NCBI GenBank assembly: GCA_965207565.1
Contig: CBDBMQ010000024.1
Location: forward strand, 125,860 to 189,859
Length of the DNA stretch: 64,000 nt
Direction: 5' to 3'
Source of the DNA: Rhodothermales bacterium
Lineage (GTDB): Bacteria > Bacteroidota > Rhodothermia > Rhodothermales > Bin80
Shown: positions 38,435 through 48,857 of the stretch, in pieces
Layout of the letters: every line of letters starts with the position of its first letter
Numbering within the stretch: the stretch's first letter is position 1
The notes under the pieces: generated by a model
What the model was told of the DNA's origin: nothing
What the model saw: only the letters and a program-made list of their open reading frames with translations
Databases searched by the model: none
Program-made: the position numbers and the translations under genes

Positions 38435-39286
38435 TTATTCCGGTTTCAATACTCGAAAATTTGGATTCCTTGCTTCCCAATCGTATAGGTCTCGGCTGAG
38501 CTTCGAATTTTTCATGTCGTCACGATGAAATGACAGTCGCAGACCACTCTTAATTTTCTCGGTACTTACATCTATTGCTCTGTTTGTTCCTATCACACCT
38601 CTCAAACCAAATGCCAAGACTTCTACCATGTCTTTTCCATAGCATATCAGCCAATTGTTGTCTAATGATCGGCGAATGGATTCAAGTTCCTTCACAATGT
38701 TTGCTCTGGATAGTTCAGGGCACCAAGAGTGATTGTGATTGAGTACCTCCTGAATAAAGCTATCAATATCAATTTCGAGCAATTCTCTACCTATAAATTT
38801 TTTGTACCTGATCCCTTGCAGTTTGAGATTCAATCTGTTACGATACGAGTAAAGGCGTAGACATCCAATCCAGACAACTGATGTTACAAGTGTTTCCCGA
38901 ATCTCCTTGCCAAATGTGGTGATTTTCTCCACACTTCCCCATTCTGATAGCACACGATCAAGTGCAGAGGAACGAATCAATAATGCCTCTAGATCTACGG
39001 TTTCAAGTACAATAAGGTTATTATTGGATGAGTGATTCCCCTCAATATGATCCAAGTCAGCATCTACGACACCAATGATACCGGGAAAGGATTCGGTTTC
39101 CAGTATTGAAACCACCTCAATAACATGCTCTTTCCCGTTTGCTACTGTAACCCTACAGTCGTTGTAATTCACAAACTGCTCGAAGAATAGCCGATCATCC
39201 CGTCCCTCAACGACCACAAAACATCCCTCGTGAGATTGACGCTTCAATCGAATCTCGTTAGCTTTAACGATCGGTGTGCGACACAT
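38435..39286 (-). CDS. ariB: DUF4435/TOPRIM-like protein, AriB-like (PARIS-like locus 1)
   Basis: CFVVVEGRDDRLFF (TOPRIM Glu about aa 27) and GVVDADLDHIEG. 283 aa, 9 nt downstream of the ATPase. Confidence 0.7.
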   Translation of the reverse strand: MCRTPIVKANEIRLKRQSHEGCFVVVEGRDDRLFFEQFVNYNDCRVTVANGKEHVIEVVSILETESFPGIIGVVDADLDHIEGNHSSNNNLIVLETVDLEALLIRSSALDRVLSEWGSVEKITTFGKEIRETLVTSVVWIGCLRLYSYRNRLNLKLQGIRYKKFIGRELLEIDIDSFIQEVLNHNHSWCPELSRANIVKELESIRRSLDNNWLICYGKDMVEVLAFGLRGVIGTNRAIDVSTEKIKSGLRLSFHRDDMKNSKLSRDLYDWEARNPNFRVLKPE

Positions 39287-39295
39287 TAGCTCAAC

Positions 39296-40618
39296 TCAAT
39301 CAAGCAACTCAACGACAAGGGGCCATTTGCCTCCAATAATCTCGGGGGAATGCGTGGCTACAATTGCTCGGAAGTTGGAGAGTTGTGCTGTCTTTGCAAG
39401 ATCTTCTAGCCATTGTTCTTGCCAGTCAACATGCAACGAAAGTTCTGGCTCATCAATGAGAATAAGAGAGTTGCTGGAAGCACGAAACAACAACTCATAA
39501 AATATAACGAGTTCGTGTTGTTCCCCTGAGGAGAGCATTTCTAAGTCTAGGTCGGTGTCGCCATTTTTGCTGACACGCAATCCTTTGTCGCTAACCGACA
39601 CCTGTTTATGGCTGAATCGAGAATTAACGATTCTCTTGAAAGCACTTACCTTTCCGTAAAGATCATCAAAGATTGCAAGCTTTTTTTTTGTATCTCGTGC
39701 GTAGACCGCAAGTACATTTTGCTTTGATTCGTCCACATTACTCAGGTCGGGAACCGCAAGTCCACCTTGCTCCCCTACTAGAAGACCTGCCTCCTCTAGC
39801 TGCAAGCGCTTTTGTTCAATTTCATCAAGGTCTCTACGTAACGTTTCAACCAAATCACTGGAAAGTTCGGGGTCGGTGACCAAGCGATAAGGAAAGGTAC
39901 GGTCAAGCGACTCAGACAGTTCCCCGTACTGGGCCATTGACTGCCGTATTCGATCAGCTAGCTGCCGGGAATAGTGACTCACAGTACGTGTAGTGCTCGC
40001 GGCATGGCGATACCTCCGGCGACGATGAGAAATGCGGATGAGGCGTTCAGTATCAATGAATCGTACATTTATAGGGCGTATTATATTTTGAAGCCATTCG
40101 GGGGGCGAAATTGACTCGCGTAGACGCTGAGGTAGGAGCTTGCTAGGATAAGTCGTGATTACATCATGCAGATCCAGTTCCTCCCCCGTTTCTGAATTAA
40201 TCCATTGTTGGCGGCCTACTTGATCAAGTGTCGGTATGACGTCTTCGATAGTAGATATCGGAATTCTAAGATCTGCTCGGCCAATCAAAGCTCCGCGTAG
40301 GTGAAAGGGCTTGTCCGCGCCATCGTGATGGAAAGTTAAAGTCGGCGACAACTGTTCTTGATCATCATGGTGGTCGTCCAAGAGTCTTCGCACAACTAAC
40401 TGCGTATCGTCATCAAAAGAAACACTAAATTCTCGAAACGGCACTTCAAAAAGTCGGCTGATTGGTTGATTAAACATCACGTCAAGGAGCTTCAAAATTG
40501 TGGTCTTACCAGAGCCGTTTGGACCAGTGACGATCATGATGCGTTCGTTGGCAACAAACTTAAGGTCATAATTGAAGGCGTCAAACAGATCCTTAACACA
40601 GATACGATCGATGTTCAT
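39296..40618 (-). CDS. ariA: ABC-type (AAA_15/21-like) ATPase, AriA-like (PARIS-like locus 1)
   Basis: Walker A GPNGSGKTT, LSSGEQ signature, LILIDEPELSLH Walker B and ATHSP. AGGAG lies 9 nt upstream of the ATG. Confidence 0.75.
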   Translation of the reverse strand: MNIDRICVKDLFDAFNYDLKFVANERIMIVTGPNGSGKTTILKLLDVMFNQPISRLFEVPFREFSVSFDDDTQLVVRRLLDDHHDDQEQLSPTLTFHHDGADKPFHLRGALIGRADLRIPISTIEDVIPTLDQVGRQQWINSETGEELDLHDVITTYPSKLLPQRLRESISPPEWLQNIIRPINVRFIDTERLIRISHRRRRYRHAASTTRTVSHYSRQLADRIRQSMAQYGELSESLDRTFPYRLVTDPELSSDLVETLRRDLDEIEQKRLQLEEAGLLVGEQGGLAVPDLSNVDESKQNVLAVYARDTKKKLAIFDDLYGKVSAFKRIVNSRFSHKQVSVSDKGLRVSKNGDTDLDLEMLSSGEQHELVIFYELLFRASSNSLILIDEPELSLHVDWQEQWLEDLAKTAQLSNFRAIVATHSPEIIGGKWPLVVELLD

Positions 40619-40989
40619 GATAAACTTCTCCTATCATAATGCCTAATGCGATGAGACAGACTGAGGAATCGGAGAATCACATCCTCTAGCCTGAATTCCC
40701 AAACCGGAGTAGATCATGACACTGCGAGTCCACGAAGTTATCATATTCGGGGTTTTTTTCACTATTTCTTGACTTATCGTCATTTATTATGTGATTGTAA
40801 TTTATATAATCACTTTTCCTCTACGTACTTCCCTCTGGCCCCTCTCTTCCTCTAAACAGTGATTTGTTTGGGAATTCCGTCCATCTATCCTGTTCTAACC
40901 CCCATTCTGTCCCGTATTTCCGTTCCATTTGCATTTGGTGAAAAATGTTTGTAGTTTAGTGATCATAATCATCATTAGGATGTTATAAT

Positions 40990-42726
40990 ATGACTGACCT
41001 CGCCAACCACTTCCTCAAACCCAAAAACAAAACACACAGACGCTACGAAGTCCTGCGCGCCGCCTTCGTTGAACGACTGCCACTGAGAACCATCGCCGAA
41101 CGCTTCGGATATTCCTACGGGACAGTCCGTAATCTCTGCTCCGAGTTCCAGAAACAGCCCGATCTGGACTTCTTTCTGCCTCACCTACGCCGGGGAGCGC
41201 CACCTCGTACCGAGACGCCGCCTTCCCAGGATATACGCCTTCAGCGCAACCAACGTATCCGAGAACTGCGCAAAGAGAGGAACCTCTCGGTCCGGGAGAT
41301 CTGTGCGATTCTCCACCGGGAAGGCCTGGGGGCCAGTATGTCCACCGTTGGGCGCGTCTTGCGCGAGGCGGGCTTTACAAAACTACGTCGGCGTACCGCG
41401 ATTGCGCAATTGGATTCGGTGAACATCCACCGTGCGGCCACAGCGGATGTTCGGAATCTGGACCTGAAGCCCCATCGTTTTCGGACGGACTTCGGAGGAC
41501 TCTTTCTCTTTATGCACGATCTGGCCCGCATGGATCTGGACGGGTTACTCCAGAGTTGTGCCATGCCCGGCAGTATCATGATTCCTGCTGGCTGTGCGGT
41601 ACGGGCGCTGTTGGCCCTCAAGCTCTGGGGAGTGCGGCGGACCTCGCGAGGGATGGTGGATATTCTGGATCCGGGACTGGCCCTCTTTGCCGGCCTGAAT
41701 GCCATGCCCAAGCGCAGTACGCTCACCGAGTATTCCTGTCGAGTCCATCCCGCGCAGATCCGCCGTCTCATCAACGCCTGGCACCCGGCCGTGCGGGCAC
41801 TCGACGAGTCGTTGGGGGGCAATGGGACCTCCTTTGACCTGGACTTCCATACCATCCCCTACCATGGAGAGGATGCCCTGATTGAAAAACATTTCGTCTC
41901 CAAGCGTAGTCGCAGTCAGAAAGGGATCCTCTCGCTTGTGGTACGCGATGCCGATGCACAGATTCGCAAAACAAATCGGCACGATTCGCTCCCGCAGTTT
42001 CTCCAATTCTGGCGCGAACAGACCGGTGCCTATCCCCGGGAAGTGGTCTTTAACAGTACCTTTACCACCTACGCGCACTTGCAAAAGCTGACCGACCTCG
42101 GGATTGACTTCCTGACTCTCAGAAGACGGTCCCGCAACATGGTCAAGGCTCTGAATGAGGTGCCGTCAGACCAGTGGCAACGCATCCGGCTCACCAATGT
42201 CGGACGTACGTTCCGTACCCCCCGCATCTTGGAAAAAAAAGTCCGCGTCCGAGGCTACAAGTCTGAATTACGACAGATCGCCATCCTGGACCTCGGATAT
42301 GACAAGCCAACGCTGCTGATCACCAATCAGATGGACGAACATGCCGGCCAATTGATTGACCGATACGCACGGCGCATGATCATCGAAAACACCCTGGCCG
42401 ATGCCATTGACTTCTTTCACATGGATGCGCTTAGCTCTGCTGTCCCCCTCAAAATTGAAATGGATCTCCAGCTCACACTCATGGCCAGTACACTCTACCG
42501 AGTCCTGGCCCAACGGGTCGGGCGGGGTATGGAAACCGCCAAGCCCCGCACACTCTTCGAAAAACTCGTGCGAAATCAAGCCACCATCCAGATCCGATCC
42601 AAAGACATCCTCGTCTCCCTCTCCCGACGCGCCAACAACCCCTACCTCCTGGCTGCAGGGTACAGAGATGCAGAAGTCCAGATCCCTTGGCTGGACAATC
42701 GGAAACTGCGCATCATCATCCCCTAG
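40990..42726 (+). CDS. DDE transposase of the IS4 superfamily (ISNCY-like) with N-terminal HTH
   Basis: HTH-like LRTIAERFGYSYGTVRN, FDLDFHTIPYHG, and Y-x2-R-x3-E in YARRMIIEN. Confidence 0.65.
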   Translation: MTDLANHFLKPKNKTHRRYEVLRAAFVERLPLRTIAERFGYSYGTVRNLCSEFQKQPDLDFFLPHLRRGAPPRTETPPSQDIRLQRNQRIRELRKERNLSVREICAILHREGLGASMSTVGRVLREAGFTKLRRRTAIAQLDSVNIHRAATADVRNLDLKPHRFRTDFGGLFLFMHDLARMDLDGLLQSCAMPGSIMIPAGCAVRALLALKLWGVRRTSRGMVDILDPGLALFAGLNAMPKRSTLTEYSCRVHPAQIRRLINAWHPAVRALDESLGGNGTSFDLDFHTIPYHGEDALIEKHFVSKRSRSQKGILSLVVRDADAQIRKTNRHDSLPQFLQFWREQTGAYPREVVFNSTFTTYAHLQKLTDLGIDFLTLRRRSRNMVKALNEVPSDQWQRIRLTNVGRTFRTPRILEKKVRVRGYKSELRQIAILDLGYDKPTLLITNQMDEHAGQLIDRYARRMIIENTLADAIDFFHMDALSSAVPLKIEMDLQLTLMASTLYRVLAQRVGRGMETAKPRTLFEKLVRNQATIQIRSKDILVSLSRRANNPYLLAAGYRDAEVQIPWLDNRKLRIIIP

Positions 42727-42997
42727 AATACCCCCCATTGTCATATCTTAATTCCCCCATATGCCGGTTGGGAATTCAAGCTAGAATTAACCAGTCGGCG
42801 AACAAGGGCAGGCGCCAAAGGTTTCAAACGAATATTTTTCAATCTTCCAATCGTTCCCTAATCGTACGCTGTGACGCATCACTGCATCAAGAGCTGATTC
42901 CAACGATACCTCTGTGGTTGGTGGGCCCAAGAATTTAATTCCTCTACACGAATTGCAGTCGAACCCTCCCTCTGCAGTTCACAGACCTCAAAATGTT

Positions 42998-43036
42998 GGG
43001 TCTTCCCCTTTTTTTGAGTGGGTTTGGAGTCAGAAT
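42998..43036 (+). repeat. ISL3-type IR relic
   Basis: gggtcttcccctttttttgagtgggtttggagtcagaa matches the reverse complement of the IR at 34900-34935. Confidence 0.45.
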
Positions 43037-43129
43037 ATAAGATCAACGACAAGTTGTGGCGCTGTTGCGGGCTTGGGGTTCGTCAACGCAGCAGTGCAGG
43101 CAAGCCATTGGCGTACAAACGTCTGGACC

Positions 43130-43367
43130 GTTCAGGATCGGGAATCCTGAAAGCCATCAGTGTTGGGCATCCGCCATGCGAACGGCACAACCGAATGAGG
43201 TATCCTTGTTTTATGATGCCTCCCTGCGCCGCACCGGGGACCCGGTGCATGCACGGTTGAATACCCAGCGCAAAATACTCAAGGTGCTCTGGACCATCTG
43301 GAAAAAAGATGTAGCCTACAATTCAAAACGTTTTTATTCACCACCTGCGTCCGCGGTGACCATGTAG
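43130..43367 (+). pseudogene. Possible C-terminal fragment of an IS110-type transposase
   Basis: ...ARLNTQRKILKVLWTIWKKDVAYN resembles IS110 C-termini. Weak evidence. Confidence 0.3.
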
Positions 43368-43642
43368 ATATTGGCCACACCATTGTGCCATGTAAGGGTT
43401 GCCTGCGGATCTGAGTACAAGGCAGAGTTAGCCTGGCGCACGGCAATTTGAATCTCAATATCCAGGATCCAGCTGCCCCCCACCCTGCCAATCATTCCCA
43501 ATCCCGAAACCACCTAACACTCCAGAACACCTTGTATGGACATTTTTCTGTGATCTGGTGTTATATTTGGGCAAACTGGTTGCAGTTTGTTCATAATAAC
43601 AGATTGGTGGTATACCCGCTCTAATCGATTCACCAGACAAAA

Positions 43643-44725
43643 ATGCCCACCAAGAGCATCGAAATGATAGAAGTCTCGCGTCTCCGGCTTGATGCGGAAA
43701 ATCCTAGGCTTGGAAGACATTTTATCGGTACGCATCCCAGCCAGAAAAAAGTCCGGGATAAGATGAGTAACTGGACACTTGATGAACTGGCTATCTCGTT
43801 CATTGAAAACGGTTTTTGGCCTCAGGAAGCTCTCGTAGTGCTTGATGACAAGGATACCCCACTGACTGTGTTGGAAGGTAATCGGCGCCTAGCGGCACTA
43901 CAATTACTCCTTGAGGCGAAAGACGGTAAGCCATACACCTCCAAGTGGAACGAGATTGCAAATTCGGCTACACCGGAGAGGATTCAGAAATTACACGCCG
44001 TTCCATGTATAAAAGTGAACGATCGCCGAGACGTTCAGGCATACCTGGGCTTTCGTCATGTGACTGGAATCAAGCAATGGGCTCCTGCGGAGAAGGCATC
44101 CTATATTACACATCTGATTGAAGAAGAGGGGCTTTCCTACGAAGAGGTTATGCGTCGAATTGGCAGCAAAACACCGACCGTGCGCCAACATTACATTGCC
44201 TATCGCTTACTGAGCCAGATAGAGGAGGAGGTCGAAGATATTTCCCTGAAGGATGTAGAAGAACGTTTCAGTGTAATGTATTTGTCTCTTCGCTCTGCCG
44301 GCACGCAGAAGTTTCTCAAGATAGATCTCTCGGCAGAACCCAGTAAGCAGCTTCGCCCGGTATCAACGTCGCGTTCTAGTAATCTGGCAAACTATGCCGC
44401 TTGGCTTTTTGGCACGAAAGAGCAACCTCCATTGTTCCGGGATTCCAGGCAGACAGATAGGTTTGGAAAAATTCTTGGTAGTGAGAAAGCGCTGGCATAC
44501 CTTGAGCGGACCTCAATCCCCATCTTTGAAGTTGCGGAACGTCTGGCCGGGAGCGAAGAAACCGAGGTATTGAGGTATATCGAGCAAGCAACCGATGAAA
44601 TGGAGAAAGCGTTGAGCGTAGCTCACCTATACAAGAATTCTTCCAGAATACGCGAGGCCGTAGATCGGTTCAGGAAAGGAGCAGAAAGATTGATTGAATT
44701 GTTCCCAAATCCACCGGCAGAATAA
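43643..44725 (+). CDS. ParB/Srx N-terminal-domain protein
   Basis: IEVSRLRLDAENPR... and VLEGNRRLAALQLL (ParB-type GxxR box), followed by a helical region. Confidence 0.7.
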   Translation: MPTKSIEMIEVSRLRLDAENPRLGRHFIGTHPSQKKVRDKMSNWTLDELAISFIENGFWPQEALVVLDDKDTPLTVLEGNRRLAALQLLLEAKDGKPYTSKWNEIANSATPERIQKLHAVPCIKVNDRRDVQAYLGFRHVTGIKQWAPAEKASYITHLIEEEGLSYEEVMRRIGSKTPTVRQHYIAYRLLSQIEEEVEDISLKDVEERFSVMYLSLRSAGTQKFLKIDLSAEPSKQLRPVSTSRSSNLANYAAWLFGTKEQPPLFRDSRQTDRFGKILGSEKALAYLERTSIPIFEVAERLAGSEETEVLRYIEQATDEMEKALSVAHLYKNSSRIREAVDRFRKGAERLIELFPNPPAE

Positions 44726-44741
44726 TCAGAGGGTCTGTCTG

Positions 44742-45674
44742 ATGCTCCGCATTCCCTCTAAGGGACTCCAAAATTCCGTGAACAGACACAATTGCCGTAC
44801 GGATGTCTTGTCGGACTGGATTGAAGGTTCTGCCCTTTTCACTCAAACACGCATCTCTAAGGTCGACGTTCTGGACATGCTCCTTGAAGAACAGGTCTAT
44901 AGAAACGAGGACTTTGCCTGGGAGTTTATCCTCAACGTATGGGACGATTTACGGTATCGGGTAGAACATGGAAAAAATTGTGCGCTGCGCATTGATTTAG
45001 ACGGAGTAACCCCAGAAGGGCATTGGGAAAAATTCCCGGCATACTCATTTTGTCTTGCACTGGCTCTCCGGGATTGGTGCTCCTGTGGCGACAATTCCCA
45101 TCATGAGCAGGGTGAGTTGTTTGAGAGACTCACTGAGTGCTCTCTGGTCGCAAGAGGTTGGAGATCAAAGAGAACCGGTTGGGCTTCAAAAAATGCTGCC
45201 GGTCTGCCTAGATTGGTTGAAGAAATTTCGTCACACATTAAGGAGCCACTTGGGGGTAATATTGAAGAATGGCTCCCGTCCAGAGGCAAAGATGCCGGCT
45301 TGGACCTGATATGTGACCAACTATTTTCGGATGATCGTGGAGGCCGCCCGCTTTATTTTTTTCAGTGTGCTTCCGGTCGCCAGTGGAAGGACAAGACAAA
45401 TACTCCAGATCTTCAACTGTGGGCTAAACTCATTGATTTCTCGAACAGTCCGCTCCGCGGGTTTTCCCTCCCTTATGTTCTGTCAGAAAGGAGGGAGTTT
45501 CGGCGCGTGGCCAATAGCATAAACGGTATCCTAATTGACCGACTGAGACTTATTGCCCCTCTTGCCGGAGACAGCAACCAAGTTCCTTCCGAGCTTGAAT
45601 CCGATTTGAAAAATTGGCTAACCCCTCGAATAGAAGCTCTCACGTCTGAATCACATGTCAATCAAATTTATTGA
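44742..45674 (+). CDS. Unknown protein with a possible PD-(D/E)xK-like nuclease core
   Basis: GELFERL...GKDAGLDLICD...YFFQCASGRQWKDK. Its stop overlaps the dcm start by 20 nt. The function call is weak. Confidence 0.5.
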   Translation: MLRIPSKGLQNSVNRHNCRTDVLSDWIEGSALFTQTRISKVDVLDMLLEEQVYRNEDFAWEFILNVWDDLRYRVEHGKNCALRIDLDGVTPEGHWEKFPAYSFCLALALRDWCSCGDNSHHEQGELFERLTECSLVARGWRSKRTGWASKNAAGLPRLVEEISSHIKEPLGGNIEEWLPSRGKDAGLDLICDQLFSDDRGGRPLYFFQCASGRQWKDKTNTPDLQLWAKLIDFSNSPLRGFSLPYVLSERREFRRVANSINGILIDRLRLIAPLAGDSNQVPSELESDLKNWLTPRIEALTSESHVNQIY

Positions 45675-46949
45675 CTTATTTGCAGGACTGGGAGGGTTTC
45701 ACCAAGCCCTCAGACAGCGGGGGTCGGAATGTGTTTTTGCGTCAGAACTCAATCCCCAACTCGCAGACCTTTACAGGCAGAATTTCGGGATTTCACCCCA
45801 GGGAGACATCAGAAAGGTCAATCCTTCATCAATTCCAAATCACGATGTGCTGTGCGCCGGCTTTCCATGTCAACCTTTCTCCAAAGCAGGCAATCAAAAG
45901 GGACTGGAATGCCCGCAATGGGGTGACCTGTTCAGCTATATCGTCAAAATCTTAGAGGTCAAAAAACCTCGCTATTTCATTATTGAGAATGTCCCCAACC
46001 TTGTTCGGCACAATCACGGCAAAACTTGGGATACTATTTGCGATCAGCTTCGCGTGGATTATAATATCAGTTTTGAAAAGCTGTCCCCCCACATGTTCGG
46101 CATTCCGCAGAAGCGGGAACGTACTTTCATCGTAGGCGACCGACGAGGCTTGATAGGATTCAGGTGGCCTCTTCCAGATAAATTGCCTGAGCTATCGATC
46201 CGTACGGTTCTTGATGACAACCCCAAAGATGCCCTTGTTCTAAACGAAGACCACCTCAACTATCTTAGAACCTGGCAGGAGTTTATTTCGTCTTTCCCTG
46301 TAGATGAAGACCTCCCCTCTTTTCCGATTTGGGCAATGGAATTTGGTGCGGACTATCCAGTAGATGGGCCGACCCCACATAAAATGGGCTACACCCAGTT
46401 GGGGGAATTCAGGGGATCTTTTGGGCAGCCACTCAAGAACTTGCCTCCTGAGAATGTCGCAAAAGCTCTTCCCGTGTATGCCCGGACAAAGCAGGATACT
46501 TTTCCCCAGTGGAAGATTAGCTTCATCCAAAAGAATCGTGCTTTCTATTCCCGCTACCAAGAATTGATTGATGGCTGGCTTAACAAGGTTCAGGGGTTTC
46601 CCCCCCAGCTTCCAGAAACTTGAGTGGAACTGCAAGGGTGGTGAGCGGGACATCTGGAAGTATCTACTTCAGTTCCGAGCGAGCGGCATTCGCGTGAGAA
46701 GAACCGAAACTGCCCCGTCCCTTATTGCTATGACCACCAGCCAAGTGCCAATAATAGCATGGCAGAAACGTTACATGACCCCCCCGGGAATGTAGCCGCT
46801 TGCAAAGCATGGGGTCGTTGGGGAATCTCCCTGATTCAAAGGGTGGAGCGTACAGGGCCTTTGGTAATGCTGTAAATGTTGAGGTCGTTTTGAATATTTT
46901 CGATGCCCTGGTCAAACGACCAAGCTTCAGTGGCAGAGACTCCAATTAA
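45655..46949 (+). pseudogene. dcm: DNA (cytosine-5) methyltransferase with two +1 frameshifts
   Basis: Motif I DLFAGLGG, motif IV GFPCQPFS, motif [14 protein letters not shown] is in frame 2. RECSRLQS and GNAVNV are in frame 3. Removing one C from each C7 tract (46600-46606 and 46779-46785) gives one 430-aa ORF. Confidence 0.85.
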
Positions 46950-47205
46950 GCGCAGAAACTATTGTCACCGTCAGATCTGCTCCGCAACGATTTTCTTAAT
47001 GGTGTTTTCAACGGCGACCTCCCCCAGATTCTCCTCTATGTTCGCGAGATAGTGTCGACAGAATGCCAGATCAAGGGCCTCCATACCCAACTCAGTCCCA
47101 CGCTCCATCTGCTCAGGAGAGAGTTTGGATATTGAGATTCAAATTGCCCATCGCGGTAGGGACCCAGGTTTCCCTGGGCCCCCCGCACAGATCCGGACGT
47201 GCGCG

Positions 47206-48211
47206 TTAACGCATCCGGCTCCTCCCTTGGGTTACACTCGCGTGCATAACGGAAAATCGTCTCGCTGGCCAGTCGTGGCGTATTTTCAGCTTCGGCCAAT
47301 AACGCTGCGTTAGGGCCTCCACCTGCTCCCATGTTGTCCGATCCTTCTGGGACCGCCGACGTAGGACACAGAGCCAGGCCCATTTCAGGCACCTAAAACA
47401 TCTTCGTAGGTACGGGTAGCTCCATGGTACGGCGTAGTAGTTCAGCCAGCCATTCAGAACTTGCCCAAGCCATATGCCCGTGTCATGCACGCTTTGGTGC
47501 ATCCAGTGCCACAGCTCCTTACGAATTCGTTTTATGAAACGCGCCATACGCTTCGCGATTGGTTTACGGCCCAATCCGAATTTTCCTTTGCGGGTCTTAC
47601 GGCAGTAATGCGTAAATCCCAGAAAGTCAAAGGTCTTGGGCTTACCTTCTCCTCGGTTTCTACGGCGTTCGATCGCATCTCGACCGAATTCAATCAGTCG
47701 CGTTTTGTCGGGATGCAGACTCAATCCGAATTTCTCCAGTCGGGTCCGCAAGGCCAGTAGAAATTTCTCCGCCTCCTCCTTGTACTTTCCACAAAATCGT
47801 CCGCGTAACGAACGATATACGACTCCCCTACGATCTTGCGTGATTTGCGCTGGGACTTGAACCATAAGTCCAGCACGTAATGAAGATAGATGTTCGCCAG
47901 GATCGGCGAGATTACCGCGCCTTGCGGCGTACCCCGCTTACTCTCCCGCCAGTTTCCATTCTCCATTACCCCCGCTTTCAGGAATTTTGTGATGAGACGA
48001 AGTACCCGTTTGTCCGCGATCCGGTGTTCCAGGAAGCGGATTAACCACTCCTGTTCAACCATATCAAAGAACTTTCGGATGTCCGCATCAACCACATAGT
48101 TGACCCGTCGGCGTTCGATCACATATGCTAAGGCATCCAGACCGTTGTGGGCACTTCGGCCCGGCCTGAATCCATAGCTGAACCCGCAGAACTCCATCTC
48201 GTAGATGGGCT
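47206..48211 (-). pseudogene. Intron A reverse transcriptase, central and C-terminal parts (frameshift just after YADDF near 47795)
   Basis: EPIYEMEFCGFSYGFRPGRSAH, TPQGAVISPILANIYLH, RYADDFV, then in another frame KYKEEAEKFL...LHPDKTRLIEF...GWLNYY. Confidence 0.75.
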
Positions 48212-48857
48212 AGCGCGGTAGGGGCCCGGATTACTCCGGGCCCCCCGCACAGATCCGGACGTGCGCGTTAACGCATCCGGCTCCTCCCTTGGGTCGCACC
48301 ATCGTGCATAACGGCATGATTGCCGTAGCCGATTGATCCCATAGACTCACTGATCCATCTCTGTGTATGGCGTGAGTTCGGATCTCCCAGCTTCCCCTTG
48401 GGTGGGGACCTTCGCTCCAGCGACTCCGCAGGTCTCCCCTTGTTCGCCGCCTTCATCGCTACTATGTCCCCATCTGACTGCTCTATCCCGTGCATCACAG
48501 GCTTCAGCGTCTTCCGCCTTCCCTGCATGGTTCCAACTCTGCGTTTAGGACAGGATAGAGCCCTCCCAGGTCCCGACAAAATGCGTGCGTACGTCCGTGA
48601 GTTCTTAGACACCGTGGGCCTGTATGCCGCCTCACCATGGTAGTGACATACATGTTGCCTTCGACCTCTTGGACGACCTCGGCGACCCAAATAATAACAA
48701 TTTCGATGCTCAATAGCTCCGGCCATACGTACCTCTACCGACGCTTCGTCGTGATCCTCGCGGAGCACAACGCACGGCTCAAGGAAGTATGTGATTGGTT
48801 GCATCTTCATACTACGGGACTTTCACCCGCTACATTTTGCCAGTTAGCCTGGCGCAC
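48212..48857 (-). mobile_element. ORF-deleted group II intron B (646 nt) inserted inside the RT gene of intron A
   Basis: Starts GTGCGCCAGGCTAACTGGC (48857). Domain V at 48252-48283. Ends CCCTACCGCGCT (48212). Removing exactly these 646 nt restores ...VKYIL-E-PIYEMEF. Confidence 0.75.

Noticed and set aside
41241-42084. Minus-strand ORFs 41241..41855 and 41545..42084
   Set aside because: They are antisense to the well-supported 578-aa transposase gene and have an Arg/Pro-rich low-complexity composition.
46600-46785. dcm frameshifts as plain homopolymer sequencing errors
   Set aside because: This is not fully excluded. However, C9 (6053-6061) and C7 (11661-11667) runs inside long intact ORFs are in frame, so a systematic homopolymer artefact seems unlikely. 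It is reported as a finding that needs read-level confirmation.
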